Assembly (NCBI GenBank): GCA_040403495.1
Contig: JBBAKM010000005.1
Span: forward strand, 23,677-87,676
From: Bacteroidia bacterium
Lineage (GTDB): Bacteria > Bacteroidota > Bacteroidia > NS11-12g > UBA955
Length of the DNA: 64,000 bases
Direction: 5' to 3'
The notes under the pieces were generated by a model. It saw only the letters and a list, made by a program, of their open reading frames with translations, ran no database searches and was not told where the DNA came from. A program made the translations under genes and the position numbers. This document shows positions 44,210 through 54,741 of this stretch, piece by piece. Within the stretch, counting starts at the first letter, position 1; every line of letters begins with the position of its first letter.

Positions 44210-45970
44210 TTAATGAATAAATAATTCATAAGGAAGTCGTGTTTGAAATCCTTGTGACTGTATGCCGCTTAATAAAGATTGGTAGTAATGGTGAAAAATA
44301 CCCAAGTCTTGAGCTATTTTTTTGTTTATCATTTCATTGCCACCTTGATTGAACAATTGTGTAATGGGGTCTTCAATTTGAGGGAAACTTACCATTTTAT
44401 ATGTTTTTAAATTGGCCATTTTAGCTGCAATTTTAATGGCATCATTGATGCCTCCAATACGGTCAACCAAGCCTCTTTCCATGGCGTGTTGTGCTATCCA
44501 AACATGACCTTGTGCGTATTTCTCAAGTTCAGCACTGTCTATGCCTCTGCCTTTTTCAACTATAGTCGTAAAGTCGTCGTAAATTCGGTTAACCATTTGT
44601 TGCAAATACATTCTTTCTCCGTCGCTCAATGGTTTGTCTACTCTGCCAAAGTCTGAATATTGCCCCGTTTTTACACTCTCTATAGTCAGTCCAAGCTTTT
44701 CGTTGAACAATTTTTGCATGTTAGGGAATAATCCAAATACGCCAATTGAACCTGTTAAGGAGTTGGAACTTGCTAGTATTGTATCTGCCAAACAGCTAAT
44801 ATAATAGCCACCACTTGCTGCCACATCTCCCATGGAAACAATAATTGGTTTTTTGCCTTTACACAATGCTATTTCTCGTGTAATAATATCACTTGCCAAA
44901 GCACTGCCGCCGGGAGAATTTACTCTTAATACGATGGCTTTTATGTCTTTGTCTTCACGGGCTTTAATAATCACTTTGGCCAATGAGGTGCTGCCTATGG
45001 AATTGTTATTGCCCTGACCATCTACAATTTCTCCTACCGCATACACCACTGCAATTTTGTCGCTCGATGTGTTTTTTTCTGACTCCCCACTGTTTAAGTA
45101 TGAGCTGGCTTTAATGTAGTGTTTGTTTTTTGAGTCTTTGCTGCCTATCGCTTTTCTTATTTTATTGTGAACATCATCCTGATAGGTTAAGCCGTCTATT
45201 AATCCGAAATTAAGCGCGTCTTTGGGAGATTGAATAGTGAATTGGTCTATAGCCATTCTTAGTTGATGAGTGTCTACTTGTCTTGATTCACCAATTTCAG
45301 CTATTAAGTTGTGATACAATTGATGGATATAAAATGAGATTTGTTCTCTGTTTTCTGGACTTAATTCTTCTCTTGTAAACGATTCAATAGCCCCTTTGTA
45401 TGCCCCAACTTTAACATATTGCATCTCTATTCCTAGTTTCTCAAAAGCGCCTTTGTAAAACATCACATTTGCCGATAATCCATTTAATAGGATATTCCCT
45501 GTTTTTTCTATGAAAACCGAATCAGCGATTGAGGCTAAATAATAATTTTTCTCATCGTAATAAGGTGCCATCGCATAAATAAACTTCCCTTTTGATTTAA
45601 AATCTTTTAAAGCGTTTCTAACCTCAGAAAGGGTAGCATAACCACTGTTGTTTAAATTCGTTTTTAGGTAAATGCCTTTGATTTTTGGGTCGTTTTTAGC
45701 TCTGTTGATTATTTCTAAAAGATTGTCTAATCCTAAGAATGATTCGCCCATTTCGGGGTTTAGTAAACTTAAAAAAGCCTGACTGCCTCGTTCTTGAATT
45801 TCATAGTCTAAATTCAGTTCTAAGACAGAGTTAGATTTAACACTTACTTTGCCTTCTGTACCTGAATTGATTAAACCTAAGAGCGTGAAAAACAAGAGAA
45901 CTCCTATGAAAATAAAGGAGATAAATACCCCAAAAATAGTCGCTAATGTATATTTTAAAAAGGATTTCAT
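44210..45970 (-). CDS. sppA: Signal peptide peptidase SppA, 67K type (tandem S49 domains)
   Basis: It has an N-terminal TM helix and two S49 modules, with GDVAASGGYYISC in the second. The preferred start is the ATG at 45970; the track's GTG at 46006 adds 12 aa. Confidence 0.85.
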   Translation of the reverse strand: MKSFLKYTLATIFGVFISFIFIGVLLFFTLLGLINSGTEGKVSVKSNSVLELNLDYEIQERGSQAFLSLLNPEMGESFLGLDNLLEIINRAKNDPKIKGIYLKTNLNNSGYATLSEVRNALKDFKSKGKFIYAMAPYYDEKNYYLASIADSVFIEKTGNILLNGLSANVMFYKGAFEKLGIEMQYVKVGAYKGAIESFTREELSPENREQISFYIHQLYHNLIAEIGESRQVDTHQLRMAIDQFTIQSPKDALNFGLIDGLTYQDDVHNKIRKAIGSKDSKNKHYIKASSYLNSGESEKNTSSDKIAVVYAVGEIVDGQGNNNSIGSTSLAKVIIKAREDKDIKAIVLRVNSPGGSALASDIITREIALCKGKKPIIVSMGDVAASGGYYISCLADTILASSNSLTGSIGVFGLFPNMQKLFNEKLGLTIESVKTGQYSDFGRVDKPLSDGERMYLQQMVNRIYDDFTTIVEKGRGIDSAELEKYAQGHVWIAQHAMERGLVDRIGGINDAIKIAAKMANLKTYKMVSFPQIEDPITQLFNQGGNEMINKKIAQDLGIFHHYYQSLLSGIQSQGFQTRLPYELFIH

Positions 45971-46088
45971 TGATGTTATTCTTATAATTAATCTACAAAA
46001 ATTCACTATCTTAACTACTAATTTCTTTTATTTCGATAAACATTCTATTTTAAGGATAAATTTAATTTAAATCTTTATTTTTGCTCCA

Positions 46089-47435
46089 ATGTTATTGAAT
46101 GAATTGTCCGCAGTAAGTCCAATTGATGGCCGTTACAGATCTAAAATCCAAAATTTAGCGCCCTATTTCTCTGAATTTGGCCTTATAAAATACCGTGTTC
46201 AAGTGGAAGTGGAATATCTAATTTACCTAAATGCTTCTCCCATTTCGGCCTTTAAACCTTTGTTTAGCTCAACCCAAATTGATAGTCTACGAAATATCTA
46301 CTTGAATTTTTCTGAGGAAAATGCGCTTGAAATTAAAAACATTGAAAAAACAACGAACCACGATGTAAAAGCAGTTGAGTATTTTATTAAAAGTCAAATC
46401 GAATTATTAGGATTATCAGCTTTTAAAGAATGGGTACACTTTGGACTGACAAGTCAAGATATTAATAATACTGCAATCCCTCTAAGTTTAAAAGAGGCAT
46501 TAGAAAATGAAATTCTTCCTCAATTAAACGCCGTTGTTAATACTCTAGAAAAACATGCTGACAGTTTTAAAGACATTCCGATGTTGGCAAAAACCCACGG
46601 TCAAGCAGCAAGTCCTACCAAACTTGGGAAAGAATTGAATGTGTTTGTAGTGCGTTTGAAAGAACAAATAAAACAACTTAATGCAATCCCTTTTTCAGCT
46701 AAATTTGGTGGAGCCACAGGGAATTTTAATGCCCACTATATTGCTTTCCCTCAAACGGATTGGCACGCATTTGGTCACTCTTTTGTAAACGAAGTGCTAG
46801 GATTACACAGAAGTTTCCCAACTACTCAAATTGAACATTATGACAATTTAGCGGCCTTGTTTGATGCTTTTAAAAGGATAGATACCATCTTAATTGACCT
46901 TTCAAGAGATGTGTGGCAATATATTTCAATGGATTACTTTAAACAAAAGTTAAAGGAAGGTGAAATTGGTAGCAGTGCCATGCCTCACAAAGTAAATCCT
47001 ATCGATTTCGAAAATGCTGAAGGGAATTTAGGAATAGCAAATGCCATTTTTGAACACCTAGCAGCTAAGTTGCCTATTTCTCGTTTACAAAGGGATTTAA
47101 CCGATTCTACAGTGCTTAGAAATATTGGAGTTCCTTTTGCCCATTGTCTTATTGCTTTCAGTAGTTTGCAAAAAGGGTTGGATAAGTTAATCATCAATGA
47201 AAGTGCCATCCGTAAGGATTTAGATAACAATTGGGCTGTTGTTGCCGAAGCTATTCAAACAGTTCTTAGAAGTATTGCATACCCTAATCCATACGAAGCG
47301 CTTAAATCTCTGACCAGAACCAATACGCATATCGGTGAAAAGGAAATTAAGGATTTTATTCAATCTCTCGAAATTGATGAAGCCGTAAAAGAAAGGTTAA
47401 ACCAAATTAATCCTCATAATTTCACGGGTTTTTAA
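46089..47435 (+). CDS. purB: Adenylosuccinate lyase
   Basis: It begins LSAVSPIDGRY and carries the lyase signature GSSAMPHKVNP. Confidence 0.95.
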   Translation: MLLNELSAVSPIDGRYRSKIQNLAPYFSEFGLIKYRVQVEVEYLIYLNASPISAFKPLFSSTQIDSLRNIYLNFSEENALEIKNIEKTTNHDVKAVEYFIKSQIELLGLSAFKEWVHFGLTSQDINNTAIPLSLKEALENEILPQLNAVVNTLEKHADSFKDIPMLAKTHGQAASPTKLGKELNVFVVRLKEQIKQLNAIPFSAKFGGATGNFNAHYIAFPQTDWHAFGHSFVNEVLGLHRSFPTTQIEHYDNLAALFDAFKRIDTILIDLSRDVWQYISMDYFKQKLKEGEIGSSAMPHKVNPIDFENAEGNLGIANAIFEHLAAKLPISRLQRDLTDSTVLRNIGVPFAHCLIAFSSLQKGLDKLIINESAIRKDLDNNWAVVAEAIQTVLRSIAYPNPYEALKSLTRTNTHIGEKEIKDFIQSLEIDEAVKERLNQINPHNFTGF

Positions 47436-49370
47436 TTATTCAAAACTCGTAATCTTAAACACGGTTCTTCTGTTTTCTGAGCGACCTGCCACTGTGTTGT
47501 TGTCGCTAATAGGTTTACTATCCCCATAGCCAATAGCACTTAGTCTGGTAGGTTCTATTCCCTTGGTTATTAAATAGTCTTTTACACTTTTTGCTCTGTT
47601 TTGAGACAATGTTTTATTCTTTAATTTATCCCCTGTATTGTCGGTATGACCGCCAATTTCAATTTTCATGAATGGGAATTTTTTGAGCAATAATACCAAT
47701 TTGTCTAATTCTAATTTTGATTCTTCTTTGATGTCAAATTTATCAGTGTCAAAGAACACATTCGCCAACTTAACTTCAATGTCTTTTGCAGGTTTTTTCA
47801 ACGGAACTTCAATGTTATAGGGTTCTAAGTTTTTGGTCTCTTTTAATGAGAAATTATCTGTGTAAAACAAGTAATTGGTTTGGTCCACATTCAACATGTA
47901 GTTTTTGTTGTTTTTTAAAATTACCAAAAATTCTCCTGTGTTTTTATTGCTGATAATTGAATTAACAAGTAATCCCGTTTCTAAATCAAATAGTTCAACT
48001 TTTGCGCCAATTTTTTCTTTCGAAATAGCATCATAAACAATGCCTTTTACAAAATTGACAGGCTCCGGTTTCATGCCATCGTGAATTTCAAATTTATAAA
48101 TGTCTAATCCCCCTAATCCGCCGGGTCTATTTGAACTCATGTAGCCGTAACGGCCCAAACGGTCAACAATTAGTCCGATTTCTTCACCACCAGAGTTAAT
48201 TGGATAACCAATGTTTTGAGCTTCGCTAAATCTTCCGTTTTCGTCTTTTTTACTCATGAATATGTCTTTATTGCCCATTCCTGGATGTCCGTCTGAACTG
48301 AAATATAAAGTTTGATTGTCAAAAGCTATGTAAGGGGATTGTTCTTCGCCCGAAGTGTTAATACTGCTGCCCAAATTGATGGGTGGTTGAAATCTGCCGT
48401 CTTTAAATGTAGAAGCATAAATGTCGCTTCCACCGTATCCTCCGGGTCTGTTGCTAGCAAAGTAAATAGTCATTCCATCGGGACTGATACTAGGTTGCGA
48501 TTCCCAATCAGGTGTGTTAATAGGGGCGTCTAAGTTGGTAGGGGAGCCCCATTTGCCATCATTGTATTTGGCGTAGTACAAATCGCAACTCCCTTTTCCC
48601 ATATCCATTCCCATAGGGTCTTTTCTATCACATGCTGTAAAAAAGATAAACTTACCATCTGCTGTTACAGAAATAGTTCCTTCGTTGTTGTAAGTGTTTA
48701 CTGGTGGTGGCAATGGCATGGATGGCTGATAAATGCTGTCGTTTATAGCTTTGGCAAGATAAAAGTCTTCATGAGGAAATTTTCCGCTTGTTACCAATCG
48801 GGTGTAGTAAAAGTTTAAACCATCAATAGTGCTGCCAGGGAAATATTCGTTTTCATAACTGTTTACACTAGGCCCCATATTGATAGGGTTAAAAGGAACT
48901 TTATTCTGAACCAATAATTCGCATTTTTTTAAATTGGCAATCTCTTTGTTAACCGCTGCAATTCTTCTCGGGTCCAATTTTTTTGGACTTTTTAAGTATT
49001 TCTCGAACATTTCCTTTGATTCAACATAGTTCATGTTGTTTTTATAAGCATGCCCCAATCGGAAATAATGGTAATAATTTTCAGGTTCTATGTCTATTAG
49101 CTTTTTGCAAGCATAAATAGATTGTAAATGGTCCCCTTTTTTCATCTCAAATTCTGCCTTGTATTCCCAAGCAATAATATAAGTGCTGTCTTTTTTAAGG
49201 GCTTTGTTTATCACTTCAACTGCTTTTATATAATCTTCTTCTTTATACAATCTGTAAGCCTCTTCTGATATTTTGGCAGCAGGACTCTCTTTTTTTTCTT
49301 TTTGCGCCACCGCACATGCGCTTATAAAAAATAAACTGATTAGGGTTAATGATAGTTTGATTTGATTCAT
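47436..49370 (-). CDS. OmpA-family protein with TPR and TolB-like beta-propeller repeats
   Basis: It has TPR-like N-terminal repeats, WD40-like/TolB repeats (PSISPDGMTIYFASNRPGGYGGSDIY) and a C-terminal OmpA domain (IGGHTDNTGDKLKNKTLSQNRAKSV). Confidence 0.85.
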   Translation of the reverse strand: MNQIKLSLTLISLFFISACAVAQKEKKESPAAKISEEAYRLYKEEDYIKAVEVINKALKKDSTYIIAWEYKAEFEMKKGDHLQSIYACKKLIDIEPENYYHYFRLGHAYKNNMNYVESKEMFEKYLKSPKKLDPRRIAAVNKEIANLKKCELLVQNKVPFNPINMGPSVNSYENEYFPGSTIDGLNFYYTRLVTSGKFPHEDFYLAKAINDSIYQPSMPLPPPVNTYNNEGTISVTADGKFIFFTACDRKDPMGMDMGKGSCDLYYAKYNDGKWGSPTNLDAPINTPDWESQPSISPDGMTIYFASNRPGGYGGSDIYASTFKDGRFQPPINLGSSINTSGEEQSPYIAFDNQTLYFSSDGHPGMGNKDIFMSKKDENGRFSEAQNIGYPINSGGEEIGLIVDRLGRYGYMSSNRPGGLGGLDIYKFEIHDGMKPEPVNFVKGIVYDAISKEKIGAKVELFDLETGLLVNSIISNKNTGEFLVILKNNKNYMLNVDQTNYLFYTDNFSLKETKNLEPYNIEVPLKKPAKDIEVKLANVFFDTDKFDIKEESKLELDKLVLLLKKFPFMKIEIGGHTDNTGDKLKNKTLSQNRAKSVKDYLITKGIEPTRLSAIGYGDSKPISDNNTVAGRSENRRTVFKITSFE

Positions 49371-49402
49371 TGATTACTTTTTTAAACTTAATTTTTGTAT
49401 TT

Positions 49403-49936
49403 TTATTGTTCAGGCAAAATTCCTGCCGTTCTTTTTCCTAATTCTATTACAGCTACATTTTGTAGCTTGCCCTCATGGATTTCGAATTTTATCATGGTTC
49501 TCATAATGTGAAAACCATGTCTGCCCGCCGCTCCAGGATTAATGTGCAACAAGTTGTTAACTTTCGGGTCGCGCATTACTTTTAAGATGTGACTGTGCCC
49601 GCAGATAAATAAATCAGGTGGATATTTAATGAGTTGAGCCTTTATTTTGGGGTTGTACTTGCCTGGATAACCACCAATATGCGTCATCCATACTTTGATG
49701 CCTTCGCATGTAAACTGTTGGTGTAAAGGATATATTGCTCGTAATTCGTGACCATCTACATTACCCCAAACACCTCTAATCGTTTTGCCGGTTTTCTCCA
49801 TAATGTCACTTAAATCCTTGTTGGTCCAATCGCCTGCATGCCAAATTTCATCCGCTTGGTCAAAGTGTTTAATGATATCTGGCTCTATACATCCATGCGT
49901 GTCACTTAGTAATAATATCCTTTTCACTTCTCGCAA
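49403..49936 (-). CDS. YfcE/MJ0936-type metallophosphoesterase
   Basis: It carries LLLSDTHG, HAGDW, GNVDG and CGHSH. The start is either TTG at 49936 or GTG at 49927. Confidence 0.8.
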   Translation of the reverse strand: MREVKRILLLSDTHGCIEPDIIKHFDQADEIWHAGDWTNKDLSDIMEKTGKTIRGVWGNVDGHELRAIYPLHQQFTCEGIKVWMTHIGGYPGKYNPKIKAQLIKYPPDLFICGHSHILKVMRDPKVNNLLHINPGAAGRHGFHIMRTMIKFEIHEGKLQNVAVIELGKRTAGILPEQ

Positions 49937-49963
49937 ATTAATGCTTATTTTGCCACATAAAAA

Positions 49964-50554
49964 ATGATAATTTTAATAATCTCTTTCACTGTATTAATCT
50001 CCTACCTCGCTTTTAATAATCCTGCACTATTCGAAAAACTAACCTTCTATCCCTATAAAATCAATCACAATAAGGAATGGATAAGATGGGTAGGACACGG
50101 ATTTATTCATGCCGATTATATGCACCTTATCGTTAATATGCTTACGCTTTACTTTTTTATGGATGCCTTGTCGGTTATTTTTGAACACATAGCTGGTCCA
50201 TATTACATCGTTTATGGCGTACTTTTTTACTTGTCGGCTATAGTGTGTAGTAGCGTGTTTGCTTACTTTAAACACAAAGAGGATTGGAATTACAGAGCGA
50301 TAGGAGCTTCTGGTGCCGTTAGTGCTTTCTTGTTTAGTTTTATTGTTTTTGCACCCACCGAATCTATCTATTTATACTTCGCTATTAAAATGCCGGCTTG
50401 GTTATTTGGTATTTTATATTTGGCTTATGAGTACTACATGGGCAAAAAACAAAATGACTCTATTGGCCATGATGCACATTTTTTTGGAGCGGTTTATGGC
50501 GTTATTTTTACCATTATATCCTATCCCGATTTACTTTTAAGATGGTTTAACTAA
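49964..50554 (+). CDS. Rhomboid-family intramembrane serine protease
   Basis: It has six TM helices, HLIVNM, and GASGAVSAF containing the catalytic Ser. Confidence 0.8.
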   Translation: MIILIISFTVLISYLAFNNPALFEKLTFYPYKINHNKEWIRWVGHGFIHADYMHLIVNMLTLYFFMDALSVIFEHIAGPYYIVYGVLFYLSAIVCSSVFAYFKHKEDWNYRAIGASGAVSAFLFSFIVFAPTESIYLYFAIKMPAWLFGILYLAYEYYMGKKQNDSIGHDAHFFGAVYGVIFTIISYPDLLLRWFN

Positions 50555-51201
50555 TCTTTTAGTAAATGTGAAAATGATTTTCTTAGTTTGGAAACCTTAG
50601 GGTCAATTACTGCTGTGCAATAGCTGTTTCTCTCGCGGTTTAAATTGTAATAATTTTGGTGGTAATCTTCGGCTATGTAAAAAGTGCTCAAAGGTTCTAA
50701 TTGTGTTACAATAGGTTCCTCAAAAACTTGCTCAACTTCCAGTTTTTTGATGTAAGCTTCTGCTATTGTTTTTTGGGTATCGTTGTGATAAAATATAGCA
50801 GAACGGTATTGTGTGCCTATGTCACCTCCCTGACGGTTCAATGTGCAAGGATTGTGTAATGTAAAAAACACAGTTAACAATGTTTGGTAATCGATAATAG
50901 TTGGATTGTAATAAATTTGAACAGCCTCTGCATGTCCCGTGTTGCCATTGCAAACCGCTTCGTAACTTGGGTTTTCGACGTGTCCGCCAATGTATCCACT
51001 GATAGCGGTGTCAACGCCCTTAAGTCGAGCCATTGTGGTTTCTATACACCAAAAACAGCCGCCTGCAAGTGTTGCAATTTCTAATTCTTTGTTGTTTTTT
51101 ATTTGTTCTGGTATCATGGTTTGTGTTGGTGTTTGTTGCTTGCATTGAACAAAAAATGAGGAAATCACAAGTAGCAATATGGAAACTTTTTTTCTATTCA
51201 A
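50551..51201 (-). CDS. msrA: Peptide-methionine (S)-S-oxide reductase, exported/lipoprotein form
   Basis: It carries the GGCFWC active site and the lipobox-like SSFFVQC. Confidence 0.9.
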   Translation of the reverse strand: MNRKKVSILLLVISSFFVQCKQQTPTQTMIPEQIKNNKELEIATLAGGCFWCIETTMARLKGVDTAISGYIGGHVENPSYEAVCNGNTGHAEAVQIYYNPTIIDYQTLLTVFFTLHNPCTLNRQGGDIGTQYRSAIFYHNDTQKTIAEAYIKKLEVEQVFEEPIVTQLEPLSTFYIAEDYHQNYYNLNRERNSYCTAVIDPKVSKLRKSFSHLLKD

Positions 51202-51309
51202 TGTGGTTATTTTTTCAGCAAATTTATAGTTAATTTTGTCAATTGTTGACCTTATTAATTAAACAATTTTTTCGTAGATTGGTTTTTAAGGCTTCAACTT
51301 TAAATTATT

Positions 51310-51972
51310 ATGTCGTCACACCACATTGTTCGCGAAGGTCAAGAACCCGCTCTTATTATTGCAAATGGATTGCCCTGCTCTAATGAATTGCTTTCACAAT
51401 TGTTGGAATGGAGCCCGCACATTGTAGTTTTAGATGGAGCCCTCAATAAAGTGTTAGACTTGGGCGTTAAATTCGACGTTGTGCTTGGTGATTTCGACCA
51501 TCAATCAATCCAAGAAGTTCAGTCTGTATTGCCTCCCCATTCTCGTTTGTTGCATCTTCCAGACCAAAATAAAACTGATCTTGAAAAAGGAATTGAATAC
51601 TTAATGAAGGAAGGTTATTCCGCCGTAAATATTGTGTGGGCAACCGGAAAAAGAAGCGACCATTTTATTAATAATATTGCCATTTTAGCCCGCTATCAAA
51701 ATGAGATTACAATGACCATGTTGGACGATTATTCTAAGATTTACCCTATTTTTTCTGGATTTAAGAAGTTTTATGCAGCCAATTCTAATATCTCGCTTAT
51801 CCCCCTCAACAAAGTAGAAGGATTAGTCACTAGTAATTTAGTTTGGAATTGTAACAACCTAACGATTGAATTCCCTCACCAAACCAGTAGTAGTAATAAA
51901 GTACTCAATGATGGAGTGGTTTCTGTGGAATATCATTCAGGCGTACTCCTAATGATGGAGTGTTTGGATTAG
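51310..51972 (+). CDS. Thiamine diphosphokinase
   Basis: It carries VVLGDFD and NKTDLEKGIEYL, and its ~220-aa size is typical of bacterial TPK. Confidence 0.7.
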   Translation: MSSHHIVREGQEPALIIANGLPCSNELLSQLLEWSPHIVVLDGALNKVLDLGVKFDVVLGDFDHQSIQEVQSVLPPHSRLLHLPDQNKTDLEKGIEYLMKEGYSAVNIVWATGKRSDHFINNIAILARYQNEITMTMLDDYSKIYPIFSGFKKFYAANSNISLIPLNKVEGLVTSNLVWNCNNLTIEFPHQTSSSNKVLNDGVVSVEYHSGVLLMMECLD

Positions 51973-52095
51973 TGGATTGGTTATTACTAATTACACTTAT
52001 TGATACTTTTATTTCTTTTAATTATTGCATTTTAATTCTTGTTTTTATGGAATTTCTTTGTTTTCTTGCACAATGTATAAGCAGTATTCCAAACA

Positions 52096-54741
52096 ATGAA
52101 AATCATAGATATTAAAATAATGAATGGCCCCAATTATTGGAGCATAAGACGTCATAAGCTAATTGTAATGCGTCTTGACTTAGAGGAAATGGAAGAAAGG
52201 CCTTCAAATTTAATAGATGGATTTTCGGAAAGATTAAAACTGATGTTCCCTACTATGTATGCTCACAGATGCAGTCCAGGTGTACCCGGTGGATTTTTTC
52301 AAAGGGTTGAAGATGGTACATGGATGGGACATATCATTGAACATATTGCGCTAGAAATTCAAACTTTAGCGGGTATGAATTGTGGTTTCGGTAGAACCAG
52401 ACAAACCTCGGCACATGGGGTTTATAATGTGGTGTTTAATTATTGGGAAGCAAAAGCAGGTGTTTATGCCGCCAAAGCTGCTGTTAATATTTGTCAATCT
52501 CTAATTGACAATACCCCATACCAACTCGATGAGGATATACAAAGATTAAGAGAACTAAGAGAGGAAGAAAGATTAGGCCCAAGCACAGGAAGTGTTGTTG
52601 AAGAAGCCGTAAAAAGAAACATTCCTTTTATCAGATTAAATGGTCGTTCCCTTGTACAGTTAGGGTATGGAATTAACCAAAGAAGAATTCAAGCCACTGT
52701 TGCAAGTACCACTAGTAGTATAGCGGTGGAAATAGCCTGTGACAAGGAGGATACTAAACTGCTTTTGGAAAATGCTCAAATTCCAGTTCCCAAAGGTAAA
52801 ATATGTGCCAATGATGAAGAACTCGAATTGGCCGCCTCCAGAATAGGATATCCGTTGGTAACAAAACCAATTAACGGAAACCACGGTAAAGGTATTACCA
52901 CCAATATTACCAATTGGGATGATTTAAAAATTGGTTTTGAAGCCGCTAAACAGTATTCAAGAAATATTATTGTTGAAAAATACATTACTGGTTACGATTT
53001 TAGGATTTTAGTAATCAATTATAAGTTTGTTGCTGCTGCCAAAAGAACTCCTGCTTCTGTTACTGGTGACGGTAAACGCACTATCCAAGAACTTATAGAC
53101 ATAGTAAATTCTGACCCAAGAAGAGGGTATGGACACGAAAAAGTGCTGACTGCCATTAAAGTGGATCGCTTTACGGAGCAAATTTTGGAGGAAAAAGGAT
53201 TTACTCTCGATACAGTTTTGGTAAACGGGTATGAACTGTTACTTAAACCAACCGCCAATATTAGCACGGGTGGAACAGCCGAAGATATTACCGACCATGT
53301 TCACCCAAGCAATGTTTTTATGTGTGAACGTATCGCCCGAATTATAGGATTAGATATTTGTGGTATTGATATAATGGCGCCCGATTTAAGTGTGCCGATT
53401 TCGGAAAATGGAGGTGCAATTCTGGAGGTAAATGCTGCCCCTGGTTTTAGAATGCACCTTGAACCAACAGACGGTTTGCCAAGAAATGTAGCAGAGCCTG
53501 TTATTGATATGCTCTATCCTCCGGGATCTTCTGCCCGAATTCCTATTATCGCTATTTCAGGAACAAATGGTAAAACAACCACCACCCGTTTGATGGCACA
53601 TGTGTGTAAACAAGTGGGGCATAAGGTTGGATTTACAACCACCGATGGGGTTTATATCCAAAATGAAATGATGATGAAAGGCGATTGTACAGGTCCTATT
53701 TCTGCCGAATTTGTGTTGAAAGACCCTACAGTAGATTTTGCAGTTCTTGAGTGCGCTAGAGGAGGGATTCTTAAAGCTGGCTTAGGTTTCCACCACTGTG
53801 ACATCGGTATCATAACAAATATCGCTGCCGACCACCTTGGCTTACAAGGGATAGATACCCTCGAGCAATTAGCGAAGGTAAAAGGCGTGGTCGCCGAAAG
53901 TGTGTTCCCCGATGGTTATACGATATTGAATGCCGACGATAATTTGGTGTATGAAATGCGTAAAAATATTGTTAGTAAATTAGCACTATTTAGCATGGAT
54001 GAAAGCAACCCAAGAATCATTGAACATTGTAAAAATGGTGGATTTGCGGCAATCTATGAAAATGGATATATTTCTATTCTTAAAGGAACTTGGAAAATAA
54101 GAGTTGAACGTGTCGTTAACATACCTGTGACCTTTGGTGGTAAAGCCGACTTTAATATTGCCAATTGTTTGCCTGTGGTATTGGCCGCATTTTTAAGAAA
54201 TTTTAAAATTGAAGACATCAAATCGGCACTTCAAACATTTATCCCTTCTCCTGCACAAACGCCCGGTAGAATGAATCTGTTTACTTTCAATCATTTTTCA
54301 GTAATGGTGGATTATGCTCACAATGCCGCAGGTCTTAATGCAATCGGAGGGTTTTTAAGTAAAATAGATGCGAATAAGAAAATTGGTATTATAGCCGGTG
54401 TAGGTGACAGAAGAGACGAAGATACTATTTCTTTGGGCGAAACTGCTGCCAAAATCTTTGATGAAATTGTCATTAGGCAAGACCGTAACTTAAGAGGTAA
54501 AACAGATTCTGAAATCATTGAACTAATGGTAAAAGGAATTAAAAATGTTGATCCTGATAAAAAAGTAACCATTATCCCGCTCGAAAAAGAAGCTATTTCT
54601 TTCGTTATTGAAAACGCCAAAAGAAATGACTATATCGTAATCTGTAGTGACGTAATACCTGATGCGCTCCATCAAATTATGGAACTTAAAGCCCAAGAGG
54701 ATGAAAAAAACAGTGGAATTGTCTACCAATCTGAATCATGA
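52096..54741 (+). CDS. cphA: Cyanophycin synthetase
   Basis: The N-domain is IMNGPNYWSIRRHKLIVMRLDLEE. An ATP-grasp region follows (YPLVTKPINGNHGKGI), then a Mur-ligase-like domain with the P-loop ISGTNGKTTTTRL. Confidence 0.9.
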   Translation: MKIIDIKIMNGPNYWSIRRHKLIVMRLDLEEMEERPSNLIDGFSERLKLMFPTMYAHRCSPGVPGGFFQRVEDGTWMGHIIEHIALEIQTLAGMNCGFGRTRQTSAHGVYNVVFNYWEAKAGVYAAKAAVNICQSLIDNTPYQLDEDIQRLRELREEERLGPSTGSVVEEAVKRNIPFIRLNGRSLVQLGYGINQRRIQATVASTTSSIAVEIACDKEDTKLLLENAQIPVPKGKICANDEELELAASRIGYPLVTKPINGNHGKGITTNITNWDDLKIGFEAAKQYSRNIIVEKYITGYDFRILVINYKFVAAAKRTPASVTGDGKRTIQELIDIVNSDPRRGYGHEKVLTAIKVDRFTEQILEEKGFTLDTVLVNGYELLLKPTANISTGGTAEDITDHVHPSNVFMCERIARIIGLDICGIDIMAPDLSVPISENGGAILEVNAAPGFRMHLEPTDGLPRNVAEPVIDMLYPPGSSARIPIIAISGTNGKTTTTRLMAHVCKQVGHKVGFTTTDGVYIQNEMMMKGDCTGPISAEFVLKDPTVDFAVLECARGGILKAGLGFHHCDIGIITNIAADHLGLQGIDTLEQLAKVKGVVAESVFPDGYTILNADDNLVYEMRKNIVSKLALFSMDESNPRIIEHCKNGGFAAIYENGYISILKGTWKIRVERVVNIPVTFGGKADFNIANCLPVVLAAFLRNFKIEDIKSALQTFIPSPAQTPGRMNLFTFNHFSVMVDYAHNAAGLNAIGGFLSKIDANKKIGIIAGVGDRRDEDTISLGETAAKIFDEIVIRQDRNLRGKTDSEIIELMVKGIKNVDPDKKVTIIPLEKEAISFVIENAKRNDYIVICSDVIPDALHQIMELKAQEDEKNSGIVYQSES

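Noticed and set aside
47433-47438. purB and the convergent OmpA-family gene have directly abutting stop codons (TAA/TTA) with no intergenic nucleotide.
   Set aside because: This is real but probably just compact genome organisation. There is no room for a hairpin and no further signal to interpret.
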